Shown one piece after another: positions 15,752 to 24,213 of a DNA stretch of 32,000 nucleotides. Position 1 is the first letter of the stretch. Every line of letters starts with the position of its first letter. Source of the stretch: Kiritimatiella glycovorans (GTDB lineage: Bacteria; Verrucomicrobiota; Kiritimatiellia; Kiritimatiellales; Kiritimatiellaceae); NCBI RefSeq assembly GCF_001017655.1, contig NZ_CP010904.1, forward strand, positions 1,440,001-1,472,000. Reading direction: 5' to 3'. Both the position numbers and the translations under genes were made by a program. Under the pieces are notes generated by a model, which saw only the letters and a program-made list of their open reading frames with translations, searched no databases and was not told the DNA's origin.

Positions 15752-16489
15752 TCAGTACGCCCCTTTCCCCAGCAGCACGGCCGGGACGGTTTTCAGGATG
15801 ATCAGCACATCGTTCCACAGGCTCCGGCTGCGGATATATTCCAGGTCGAGCCTCACCTGTTCATGGAACGGGATTTCCGACCGCCCTTTGATCTGCCACA
15901 GACACGTCAATCCCGGTTTTACATGCAGACGCTTGCGCTCTTCCAGAGAATACTGGGCCACTTCGTCCGGCAGCGGGGGGCGCGGGCCGACGACGGACAG
16001 GTCGCCCATCAGCACGTTGATGAACTGCGGCATTTCGTCGATGCTGAATTTGCGGAGGATGCGGCCTATCCGGGTTACGCGCGGATCTTTTTTCATTTTG
16101 AAGATGACCCCGTCCCCGGATTCGTTATCCGCCGCCAGCTGTTTCTTGATCTCGTCCGCGTTACGGTACATCGAGCGGAACTTGTAGAAGCGGAACACGC
16201 GCCCGTCCAGACCGACCCGGTTCTGGACGTAGAGCACCGGCCGACCGTCCTCGAGGACGATCGCCGCGGCGACCGCCGCAAACACCGGCAGGAGCAGGAC
16301 CAGGGCGACGAGGCTGAACGCCACGTCCAGCAGTCGCTTGAACACCAGCAGACTGTTGAGGGTCGCCTCCCACACCTTCAGCCGGATGCGCTGGCGGCGG
16401 CGAAGCCGTTTGATGTCCGCCTTGTTCATCGGCACATTCAGCTGATCAAAAAGATCCCGCCGGGCGCGATATACGCTGTCCGTTGGCAT
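15752..16489 (-). CDS. Bacterial sugar transferase (monotopic phosphoglycosyl transferase, WbaP/PglC/EpsL type)
   Basis: It contains KRLLDVAFSLVALVLLLPVFAAVAAAIVLEDGRPVLYVQNRVGLDGRVFRFYKFRSM, KDPRVTRIGRILRKFSIDEMPQFINVLMGDLSVVGPRPPLP and PGLTCLWQIKGR. The start is taken at ATG 16489 (MPTDS), 3 nt after the upstream gene's stop. The longer track ORF to 16696 would overlap that gene. Confidence 0.9.
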   Translation of the reverse strand: MPTDSVYRARRDLFDQLNVPMNKADIKRLRRRQRIRLKVWEATLNSLLVFKRLLDVAFSLVALVLLLPVFAAVAAAIVLEDGRPVLYVQNRVGLDGRVFRFYKFRSMYRNADEIKKQLAADNESGDGVIFKMKKDPRVTRIGRILRKFSIDEMPQFINVLMGDLSVVGPRPPLPDEVAQYSLEERKRLHVKPGLTCLWQIKGRSEIPFHEQVRLDLEYIRSRSLWNDVLIILKTVPAVLLGKGAY

Positions 16490-16491
16490 AA

Positions 16492-18108
16492 CTATTCCGT
16501 CTCCCGCTGCTCTCTTCGTATGACGAAAAAGGACACATTGGAGTGATTGATCCGATAGCGTTCCACGTAATCGGCCACGGCGTCGATAATCGCCAGTCCT
16601 CTCCCCCCTTCGGCAAGCATGTCCTCTTCGTCGCCGCGCCGGCTGCGGCGGTCGATGTTCCACTCCCGGCCCCGGTCGATCGCGACAATCCTGCACACTT
16701 CGTCGCCGAGATTGATCTGCACCCAGAACGTCTCGTCCTCCGCAAGTTCGCTGTGATAGACGATATTTGCGCCGTGCTCCATCAGCAGCAGCCGCGCGGA
16801 GGCCGCCGCGTCTTCGGACCAGCCCCGGTCCTTCAGCAGGCCCTCCGTCTCCGCGGCGAGTCTGGACACCTCTTCGAGTTCCGGGGGCGAGAACCGCTCC
16901 AGGGCCACCTCGCGCTTGCGCTTCATGTAGATGCAGACGGAGGTACAGTCGTCGCCTTCCAGCGAATAGCCGCGCTGCTGCACCTCCCGGAGCAGCCCCC
17001 GCGCCTTGTTGAACTCGTTCTCGCGCGCGAGCACCTCCCCCGCCAGCGCGCGGAGACTGTCCCGGCCGCAGAGTTCGCCGCTGGCCTCGTGACGCGCCTC
17101 CAGAATGCCGTCGGTGTAGAGCACGAAATACGTGCCTTCCTCCGCCTGCACCGCAACCTCATCCTCCCGGCGGTACGGCGCGTCTCCCAGCATCGGGAAT
17201 CCGATGGGCACGCCGCCGCCCTCTTCAAAGAGATCGGCGGCTCCCGACTTCCCGTCGCGTACCAGCAGCGGGGAGGGATGACCGCAGTTCATGCAGCGCC
17301 ACACGTTCGTTTCGGGATCGTGTATGGCGACGAAAAACGTGGCGTAGTAGGACGAGGCGTCCACACTCTGCCGAAACCGGGCGTGGAGTTCGTTGCACAG
17401 GTCGGCCGGACCGGCGTCCGGCATGTTGCGCACCAGCTCGCCGAACGACGCCTTAAGATAGGTCGAGATCATGGCCGGGGCCACCCCGTGCCCGGAGACG
17501 TCGCCCACATACACGCAGAGGCGGCCCGAGGGCAGCTCCACGATGTCGAAGGCGTCGCCGCCGACGTCCATGCACGGCTGGTAGGCGATACGGATCTCGA
17601 ACGACGAACTGAAAAAAGGTTTGTCGGAAAAAAACGTCCGCTGAATCGTACCCGCCAGTCTGAGTTCGTTGGATACGCGCGTCTTCCAGCGCTGGAGCGA
17701 CTCGTTGCTGCGTTTCAGTTCCAGCGCGTTCCCTACGCGCAGGACGAGTTCGCGCGGATTGAACGGTTTCCTGATGTAGTCCAGCGCGCCCATCTCAAAG
17801 GCGCGGGCGAGATCATCGATCTTCGTCTTGGCGGTGACCATCACCACCGGCACTTCCGCGCAGCGCGGGTCGCTCTTCAGCTTGCCGCACAGCTCGAACC
17901 CGTCCATGCCGGGCATGACCACATCGACCAGAATAAGATCCGGGCGCATGCCGTGAGCGCGTTCCAGGGCGACCGGCCCGTTTTCGGCCTCGATCACCTC
18001 ACATCCCCGTGCGCTCAGAAGCTTCCGCAGGTAGAGGCGGTTTGGGCGCTCGTCGTCGACGACCAGGACCCGTCCTGCCAGCGAACGTTCGGATACGTGT
18101 CCGGTCAT
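16492..18108 (-). CDS. Response-regulator receiver / PP2C (SpoIIE-type) phosphatase / HATPase-like anti-sigma kinase fusion (HsbR / RsbU-RsbW-like)
   Basis: - **Receiver domain:** RVLVVDDERPNR...DLILVDVVMPGMDG...VVMVTAK.
- **PP2C domain:** GGDAFDIVELPSGRLCVYVGDVSGHGVAPAM ... YTDGILEA.
- **C-terminal GHKL-like domain:** MEHGANIVYHS ... DRGREW ... GGRGLAIIDAVADYVE. Confidence 0.9.
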   Translation of the reverse strand: MTGHVSERSLAGRVLVVDDERPNRLYLRKLLSARGCEVIEAENGPVALERAHGMRPDLILVDVVMPGMDGFELCGKLKSDPRCAEVPVVMVTAKTKIDDLARAFEMGALDYIRKPFNPRELVLRVGNALELKRSNESLQRWKTRVSNELRLAGTIQRTFFSDKPFFSSSFEIRIAYQPCMDVGGDAFDIVELPSGRLCVYVGDVSGHGVAPAMISTYLKASFGELVRNMPDAGPADLCNELHARFRQSVDASSYYATFFVAIHDPETNVWRCMNCGHPSPLLVRDGKSGAADLFEEGGGVPIGFPMLGDAPYRREDEVAVQAEEGTYFVLYTDGILEARHEASGELCGRDSLRALAGEVLARENEFNKARGLLREVQQRGYSLEGDDCTSVCIYMKRKREVALERFSPPELEEVSRLAAETEGLLKDRGWSEDAAASARLLLMEHGANIVYHSELAEDETFWVQINLGDEVCRIVAIDRGREWNIDRRSRRGDEEDMLAEGGRGLAIIDAVADYVERYRINHSNVSFFVIRREQRETE

Positions 18109-18121
18109 CGACCTCTCCCGC

Positions 18122-18484
18122 TCAGGACCCCTGTCCCGTGTAGTTGCGGCTCCACTGGATGAACGCGCGGGCCAGCTCGGCGCACCGCTCCTCGCGTCCC
18201 TCTTTTACGCAGCTCCCGATTTCTTCGGCCAGCACGGAGATCTCGGGAAGGCCTATCGTGCCTCCCATCCCCTTGATCGAATGCGCGGCGCGACGGATGC
18301 GCTCGTGATCGTTGTCCCGCAGTCCCGCCTCCAGCTCGCCGGACTGGAGGGCCAGTTCGCTGCAGAAGGCCTCCTTCAGCTCTTCGTCCATCTCCATGGC
18401 TTCGACCGCGAAGGCGTTCATACGCTGCTCAAGATCCGGTATATATTCTGCGATCCACTCCCGGGGATTGCCGCCGTCACTCAT
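18122..18484 (-). CDS. Histidine phosphotransfer (Hpt) domain protein (HptB-like)
   Basis: It has the motif AAHSIKGMGGTIGL (HxxKG). The start is taken at ATG 18484 (MSDGG), preceded by AAGGAGAG. The stop lies 13 nt upstream of the receiver-PP2C gene. Confidence 0.8.
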   Translation of the reverse strand: MSDGGNPREWIAEYIPDLEQRMNAFAVEAMEMDEELKEAFCSELALQSGELEAGLRDNDHERIRRAAHSIKGMGGTIGLPEISVLAEEIGSCVKEGREERCAELARAFIQWSRNYTGQGS

Positions 18485-18626
18485 CGTCTCTCCTTCGTCC
18501 GTCACTCCGTGGCCGTTTGCGAGCATACCGGCCCGCCGGCCTCATTCTAGAGAAAAAATCGCTTAGGACAACGGCTCATCTCCATTAAGGTGAGTGGTGC
18601 ACTCACCGGCAGGAAATCCGCGATCA

Positions 18627-20783
18627 ATGACTGAAGCGACACACGAACTTTTCGAGGGCTGGACCGCGATCCCCGCGTTGCCCTGGCGAGGCGGCTGGCC
18701 TCTCCAGGCTCCCGCGGACTCCCGCAACGAATCCCGGGCGGGGGACGAAACCCCGCTGCTGACGGCGACCGGGGAGCGGCGCTTCATGCTGCCGGAAACG
18801 GGAGAGGCCGCGTCGTTCGGGCTCGGACCGTCCGCGCGGCGCTACCGCTATGTCCGCTATCTGGCGGACACGATCATCCTGACCCGCTCCCGCGAATCGG
18901 CGCGCCGCCCGGTGTTCATCCGTCACGCCGCACCCGGCGTGGTGCGGATCTCCGCCCCGTCCGGCATCGACCTGGATCCCCTCCCCCCCGAGACCTGGGC
19001 GACCGGGTGCCAGGATGGGGGGCGCGGCACGGAATGGGTCCTTGCGCGCGATCCGCAGGCGGACACGGATGCGCTACTCGCCCGGTTCGGCGCGCGGCCG
19101 GAGATGGCGCCCGTCCGCGGCGCGCTGTCCGCCCTGCTCGACCAGGACGAGGAAGAGGCGGCGTGGACCTCCATCGCTTCGGAGTCGGCCCTGGCCCGCC
19201 TTCGTCCGCCCTGCGAGTCCCTCCCCGGCACGTGGTCCGTGTCTCCCGAATACACCGAACCCACCTTCTCGCTGAACGAACTCTATCCGCTGACGCGCGC
19301 CTGGCTGCACCTGGACACCGACGTAGCCGTGTCGCTGATGCACACGGCGCTCTCGCTGCAACGATCGGACGGTTATCTCCCGGCGAGAGCCCGGCCGGAC
19401 GGGGTGCGCGAGGAAGTCACCGCCCCCTACCCCCTGGTAGCACGCGCGTACGAACGCGTCTGGCGGGCGACGCGCGATCCGGGGCGGCTGCAGCGCGACC
19501 TCCCCCGCCTCAATCGCTACGTCCAGTGGCAGATCCGTCACTTCCTCCCCCCCGGCACACAGCGGCCCCGGTGGCAGGCGGCCGGAGAGATGATTCACCC
19601 GGCGCGCTTCGAGCAGGAGTCGTCCTCCGCCGAACTCGCCGCCCTGCTGCTGGGGGAAATCGAGGCTGTCCTGCGTCTGCACGAGGAGCGCGCCGGCGCA
19701 CCGGCGCCGGCCATGATCACCGACGCGGGGAAAAAACTCGAACAGATGATCGAGACGGATTTCTGGGACGACACCGATCACGTGTACAGCCGCGTCTTCA
19801 CGAAAGACGAGGCGATCCGGCGCGAGGGCTTCCATACCATCGCCCCGGCGCTGAACCGTCATCTGGAAGACGCGCGCCGCGCGATTCTGACCGCGCGCAT
19901 TCCCGAGACGCCGTTTTTTCCCGCGCGGACCGTCGGAGGGGAAAGTCTGTTCGCGCGCACGGGAGAGGAACAGGCGACCCCCGCCCTGTACACGCTGCTC
20001 ACCGCCGACATGGCGCGTCTCGATCCCGGCGGGCGGCTGCAGACGGTCTATCACACCCACAGCCGACGCCTCCTGCGCGGCTGGTACGGAGCGGCGTTCC
20101 GTCGACACTGGAAATCGGCACCGGGACACCTGATTCCTTTTCTAGGTCCGTCCCAGGCGGCGTTCGTGCTGGATGCCGCCGCGGAGGAGACGGCCGTCCG
20201 CGGCGGGGGCCGGCCGCTGCGCGGCTTGCGCCGCTTCCTGCGGCGGAACCGGATCGACGTATACGACGCAGCCATTATCGCCGTACTGATCACCGGCATC
20301 GCGGCCGTTCACCATTTCAACCGCGCGGCCCGCGAACCGCTTTCGCCCGACACCATCATCGGAGAGGCCCGTTCGGCCTACCGCCAGGGCCGCTTCCGCA
20401 GCGCCCTGACCTCCTGCCGGGAGCTGCTGTCTCACCCCGACCTCGCCCCCGGCTCGACGGAGCGACTCGAGGCGCGTCTGATCTCCGCCAACATGGCTCT
20501 GCTTTCGGGAGCACATGAGACGGCGCAAACGGGTTACGAAAGGCTGCGTGAACAGGACCCCGACCACCCGGCCTTTCTGCTGGGCCTCGCCATGAGCCGC
20601 CACCGCGACTCTCGCTACGAGGCGGCGAAGCCGCTCTACCGTGAGTTCCTGCTCTATTTCGGCGAACTGTTTCCGGGCGCCGCGGAATGGATCAGGAGAA
20701 TGGAAGACACCGGGGCCGAACACCTCTCCCGCTATTACATGAAGAAGATCTTCGAAACCGGCATCATGGAGCTGGAGCCGTGA
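18627..20783 (+). CDS. Hypothetical protein with a central region faintly reminiscent of (alpha/alpha)6-barrel glycosidases, one predicted TM helix and C-terminal TPR-like repeats
   Basis: It is a long ORF with G/C-rich third positions. The competing frame at 19007..20518 is an Arg/Pro/Gly-rich shadow ORF.

- **TM segment:** IDVYDAAIIAVLITGIAAVHHF.
- **TPR-like tail:** AYRQGRFRSALTSCRELL ... AQTGYERLREQDPDHPAFLLGLAMSRHRDSRYEAAKPLYREFL.

The start is ATG 18627, or GTG 18594. Confidence 0.6.
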   Translation: MTEATHELFEGWTAIPALPWRGGWPLQAPADSRNESRAGDETPLLTATGERRFMLPETGEAASFGLGPSARRYRYVRYLADTIILTRSRESARRPVFIRHAAPGVVRISAPSGIDLDPLPPETWATGCQDGGRGTEWVLARDPQADTDALLARFGARPEMAPVRGALSALLDQDEEEAAWTSIASESALARLRPPCESLPGTWSVSPEYTEPTFSLNELYPLTRAWLHLDTDVAVSLMHTALSLQRSDGYLPARARPDGVREEVTAPYPLVARAYERVWRATRDPGRLQRDLPRLNRYVQWQIRHFLPPGTQRPRWQAAGEMIHPARFEQESSSAELAALLLGEIEAVLRLHEERAGAPAPAMITDAGKKLEQMIETDFWDDTDHVYSRVFTKDEAIRREGFHTIAPALNRHLEDARRAILTARIPETPFFPARTVGGESLFARTGEEQATPALYTLLTADMARLDPGGRLQTVYHTHSRRLLRGWYGAAFRRHWKSAPGHLIPFLGPSQAAFVLDAAAEETAVRGGGRPLRGLRRFLRRNRIDVYDAAIIAVLITGIAAVHHFNRAAREPLSPDTIIGEARSAYRQGRFRSALTSCRELLSHPDLAPGSTERLEARLISANMALLSGAHETAQTGYERLREQDPDHPAFLLGLAMSRHRDSRYEAAKPLYREFLLYFGELFPGAAEWIRRMEDTGAEHLSRYYMKKIFETGIMELEP

Positions 20784-20898
20784 GCCCCACGGGACTGAAA
20801 CCGGAGACTTGAGACCTGAGTCAGACGCCGTAAGAATCTCGGTTGGGATCGAACACGATATTGAATCGCATACCACATCATCAGAGGAGTAGACGGCC

Positions 20899-21237
20899 AT
20901 GAATAACCGATCGATTATCTGCACCCTTCCGTGTATCGCGCTGATGCTGGCGCTCTGCGGCGGATGTTTCCGGCAAGAGGTCCGCACGGCGGAATTCGAC
21001 GTTCCGGGACTGGAGACCGCGCAGGATGCCGAGGCCATGCGGGAGGCCTTTCGGGAGGACGACGGGGGATGGATGCCCGGCGTCTATGAGGTCACTCCGA
21101 ACATCGAACAGAACTCGGTGGTGATCCAGTACAACTCCGACGCACTCCGCCGGATGAACCTGGAATACCGCATCGCGAAACACGGCTACCGCGCGGACAG
21201 CCGCCCCCCGGCGGAGCCGCGCCCGGACATGGAATGA
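20899..21237 (+). CDS. Small putative lipoprotein, possibly with an HMA-like (ferredoxin-fold) domain lacking the CxxC motif
   Basis: It has a signal sequence plus a lipobox-like LMLALCGGC. GGAG lies 9 nt upstream of the ATG. The body EFDVPGLETAQDAEAMREAF...VVIQYNSDALRRMNLEYRIAKHGY resembles a metal-chaperone fold, but the metal-binding cysteines are absent. Confidence 0.55.
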   Translation: MNNRSIICTLPCIALMLALCGGCFRQEVRTAEFDVPGLETAQDAEAMREAFREDDGGWMPGVYEVTPNIEQNSVVIQYNSDALRRMNLEYRIAKHGYRADSRPPAEPRPDME

Positions 21238-21265
21238 CAAGGACACACGGACGGATACGCTCATT

Positions 21266-22759
21266 ATGGGAACCATCATGAAGATTTCCTGTTCTTCCAG
21301 GCCGCGCGAGTCATACGGCGGCGTATGGCTGATCTTCGCCCGCGGTACGACTCCGTACCTGGAGGGGAACGAACCGGAACCGCTACGCAGGGCGGTAGAG
21401 GATCGGATCGAAAAATCGGGGTTTTCAGGGTGCGCCGGGGAAGCGCGGCAGTTCCCCGCCCCGTCCGTACCGGGAGGGCCTGAATCGATCCTGCTCGCCG
21501 GACTTGGAGATCAGGGCGCGTCCCCCGCCGCACTCGAAACCGCAGCCGCGGCGGCCGCGCGCTGCGCCGCACAGAACGGCGTCGAAACGCTGGTGCTGAG
21601 CTGCGCTCTGCCGCATGGCGAGGACGATGATCCCGCGTCGGCGCTCTTCCGTTGCGCCCGGGGGCTCACCTGCGGCGCCGCGTCCCCGGCCTCCTCGCTC
21701 AAAAGTCAGCGTCCCGAACGTTCGCTCCGTGAAGCGGTTTTCGCCGGGGCGGCCCGGAAGGACGTACGTCGCCTTCGCGCCCGGGCCCGCACGGCCGCGC
21801 GCGAGGGAGAACTCATGAACTCGACCCTCGGGATCGCCAACCTGCCCGGCAATCGCGCCACGCCCGGCAAGCTGGTCTCCCGCATCCGCAGGCTCGCCGA
21901 GAAAGAGGAATTCCGGTGCGAAGTGCTCGGACCGCAGCGGCTCCGCCGCGAAGGGTTCGGCGGCATGACCGCCGTAGGGAGCGGAAGCGGAGACGGCCCG
22001 CGCCTCATCGTCCTGCGTACCGGCCCGCGCAAGGGGAAACCGGTCGTGCTCGTCGGAAAGACCGTGACGTTCGACAGCGGCGGCCTCTCGCTCAAACCCG
22101 GCAAGAACATGGAGTGGATGCGCTACGACAAGTGCGGCGGCATGGCCGTGCTGGGCGCCATCCGACTGCTCGCCGCCACCGGCTGCCCCCGCCCCGTCAT
22201 CGGCCTCATGGCCGCGGTGGAAAACATGCCGGACGGACGGGCCACGCGGCCCGGCGATATCATCAGCATGCACTCCGGCAAGACCGTCGAAGTCATCAAC
22301 ACCGACGCCGAAGGGCGCCTGGCGCTCGCCGACGCCCTCTCCTGGTCGGCGCGCTTCAAGCCCGCGGCCATCGTCGATCTCGCCACCCTCACCGGCGCCT
22401 CTATCGTCGCCCTCGGCAGCCATGCCGCGGCGCTGCTCGACAACGACGCCGGTCTGCGCGAGAACCTGATCCGCGCCGGCGAAAACTCGGGCGACCGGGT
22501 GTGGTCGCTGCCCCTGTGGCCTGAATACGGGAAGGCACTCGAATCGCCCTTCGCAGACCTCCGCAACATCGGCGACGGCAAGGCGGGGGCCATTACCGCC
22601 GCCGCGTTCCTCAAACACTTTGTTCCGGAAGGCGTGCCGTGGGCGCATGTGGACATCGCCGGCACGGCCTGGGAAGAAAAGACCGGAGCCCCGCATCCCC
22701 CCGGCGCCACGCTGTTCGGCGCGCGACTGCTCGTCGACTGGATAAGAAGCGGGCGTTAA
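21266..22759 (+). CDS. pepA: Leucyl aminopeptidase (M17 family)
   Basis: It has the M17 signature NTDAEGRLALADAL, plus VGKTVTFDSGGLSLKP and the MRYDKCGGMAVLG region. ATG 21266 or ATG 21278 could be the start. Confidence 0.92.
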   Translation: MGTIMKISCSSRPRESYGGVWLIFARGTTPYLEGNEPEPLRRAVEDRIEKSGFSGCAGEARQFPAPSVPGGPESILLAGLGDQGASPAALETAAAAAARCAAQNGVETLVLSCALPHGEDDDPASALFRCARGLTCGAASPASSLKSQRPERSLREAVFAGAARKDVRRLRARARTAAREGELMNSTLGIANLPGNRATPGKLVSRIRRLAEKEEFRCEVLGPQRLRREGFGGMTAVGSGSGDGPRLIVLRTGPRKGKPVVLVGKTVTFDSGGLSLKPGKNMEWMRYDKCGGMAVLGAIRLLAATGCPRPVIGLMAAVENMPDGRATRPGDIISMHSGKTVEVINTDAEGRLALADALSWSARFKPAAIVDLATLTGASIVALGSHAAALLDNDAGLRENLIRAGENSGDRVWSLPLWPEYGKALESPFADLRNIGDGKAGAITAAAFLKHFVPEGVPWAHVDIAGTAWEEKTGAPHPPGATLFGARLLVDWIRSGR

Positions 22760-22901
22760 GTGAGCAACACGAATTTATTGCGATTAACAAAGATTTTCCT
22801 AACACCCCACAAATACCCCTGCGGTTCGGTTCCCCCCTGGACGAACTCAGAGGGGTGGAAGCATGCAATTTCCGGCGGGGCGCACAGGGGATCCATACCG
22901 G

Positions 22902-23828
22902 ATGGCGAGTCTCGTCATCGCATCGGTGCTGACCCTGACCCTGCGGTCGGTCGTCGGCGACCCCTGGGATACCGCGGAACCGCTGTCCGGCCCCGGCGAA
23001 ATTGCGCCGGATACCGTCCGCGATGAGCCCGGCTCGCTTTTTCTGGGCGGGACGGAACCGGAAGAAGCCTCGCCCGGGACGCGGGACCTCCCGGACGACC
23101 TCGAGCCGTCCACCGACGACAGCTACGTCCGCGTGCTCTTCACCCGCGCCGACTATGACCTCTCCGATGAAAAGAGCCTCGTACGTTCCGGGGCGGCGCG
23201 CGACCCGCGGGATCCCGCGGGAGGTGAAGCGGCGTGGACTCTCGGCGAACAGTCCCTGCTCGTCCTGCTCATCGGAGGCGGTACGCTTCTCATTCTTTCG
23301 CTGAGCGCCTACGGACTCATCATGGCGTGTGCGAACCGGAGCTCGACCGGGGCGGAGGCTGCGATCAAGGAAGGTCTCAACGAAGGGCGGACCTTTATCG
23401 ACGAACCCCTGCATTACGATGCACAACGCCGCGAGCGTGAAGCGGACCGCCGGCTGCGGGACAACTCGATGGAGCGGCTGGACCGGATCTACCTTTCGGG
23501 CCGGAGCCGTCGCGAGCAAATCCGGGATACGATCCGCCGCAAAACCGACGAATTAATGTCGGACATCATCCCGACCTCTCCCGGTGGGCCGCGATTTCCT
23601 GTGGCCCTGTGCAGGTCGCTTGCGGCGGTGCGTTCCGCGCCAACCCATGCTTTCCATCGCACGGCGGATGCCCTCGCCAGGTTCTGGATGGTCCTCGAAT
23701 CCACGCGGGTCCGGAGACATGCGGGCCGCGACAGGAAGGGGCGAACGCATAAGACTTTTCGAAAGCTGCGCCGCCGACTGGCCGGACGTGTCTATCGGGT
23801 AGCCGAGAAATTCGCCCGCTTTATTTAA
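22902..23828 (+). CDS. Hypothetical single-pass membrane protein with an acidic N-terminal region and a basic C-terminal region
   Basis: Third codon positions in this frame are strongly G/C-biased. It has an N-terminal hydrophobic segment MASLVIASVLTLTL and an internal TM segment LLVLLIGGGTLLILSLSAYGLIMA. I recognise no family. The start could be 22863 or 22902. Confidence 0.5.
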   Translation: MASLVIASVLTLTLRSVVGDPWDTAEPLSGPGEIAPDTVRDEPGSLFLGGTEPEEASPGTRDLPDDLEPSTDDSYVRVLFTRADYDLSDEKSLVRSGAARDPRDPAGGEAAWTLGEQSLLVLLIGGGTLLILSLSAYGLIMACANRSSTGAEAAIKEGLNEGRTFIDEPLHYDAQRREREADRRLRDNSMERLDRIYLSGRSRREQIRDTIRRKTDELMSDIIPTSPGGPRFPVALCRSLAAVRSAPTHAFHRTADALARFWMVLESTRVRRHAGRDRKGRTHKTFRKLRRRLAGRVYRVAEKFARFI

Positions 23829-23985
23829 GTCCGCCGCTCCGTGCGGGATGACTCTTTCCGGACGGGAAGCATCTTCTCAAAACACCTTCCGGAAAAGCTC
23901 TTGCATCCGGGGGGGTGATTATCTAAAAGGACAGTTCATAACCCCCCGTATTTACGGGCAAACGGCGAAAGACAGGTTGCGAACC

Positions 23986-24213
23986 ATGGCTGATCTCGGA
24001 CCGTACAGACATCGATCCTTCTATCCGAAGTCCTGGCTGTGGTGGGTTGCGTTCATGTTCTTCGCGCTCGGGGTGATCATTTTTTACGGTCTCTCCGAAC
24101 ACGGCCAGAATTACGATACGGAACGACTCCAGTGGCTGGTCCTGTTTGTCTGTCTCGCCATATCGGGCATCTGCGCCATTGTGGCGACGGCCAGCCGCTG
24201 GTTCTACCGGTAA
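23986..24213 (+). CDS. Small (75 aa) two-TM membrane protein, hypothetical
   Basis: From ATG 23986 it reads MADLGPYRHRSFYPKSWLWWVAFMFFALGVIIFYG...LVLFVCLAISGICAIVATA. Its 3' end overlaps the convergent alr stop by 10 nt. Confidence 0.45.
   Translation: MADLGPYRHRSFYPKSWLWWVAFMFFALGVIIFYGLSEHGQNYDTERLQWLVLFVCLAISGICAIVATASRWFYR

Noticed and set aside
14343-15818. Long ORFs in several frames across the array (422-452 aa on the minus strand, 119-336 aa on the plus strand)
   Set aside because: They are translations of the same DNA repeats in different frames. They are extremely Arg/Gly/Ser/Pro/Cys-rich, have no signal or domain features, and overlap one another completely. Open frames are expected in stop-poor GC-rich repeats.
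19007-20518. A 503-aa plus-strand ORF overlapping the 729-aa gene in another frame
   Set aside because: Its composition is extreme in Arg/Pro/Gly/Ala and it has no hydrophobic core segments. The 18627..20783 frame has G/C-rich third positions and recognisable TM and TPR features.
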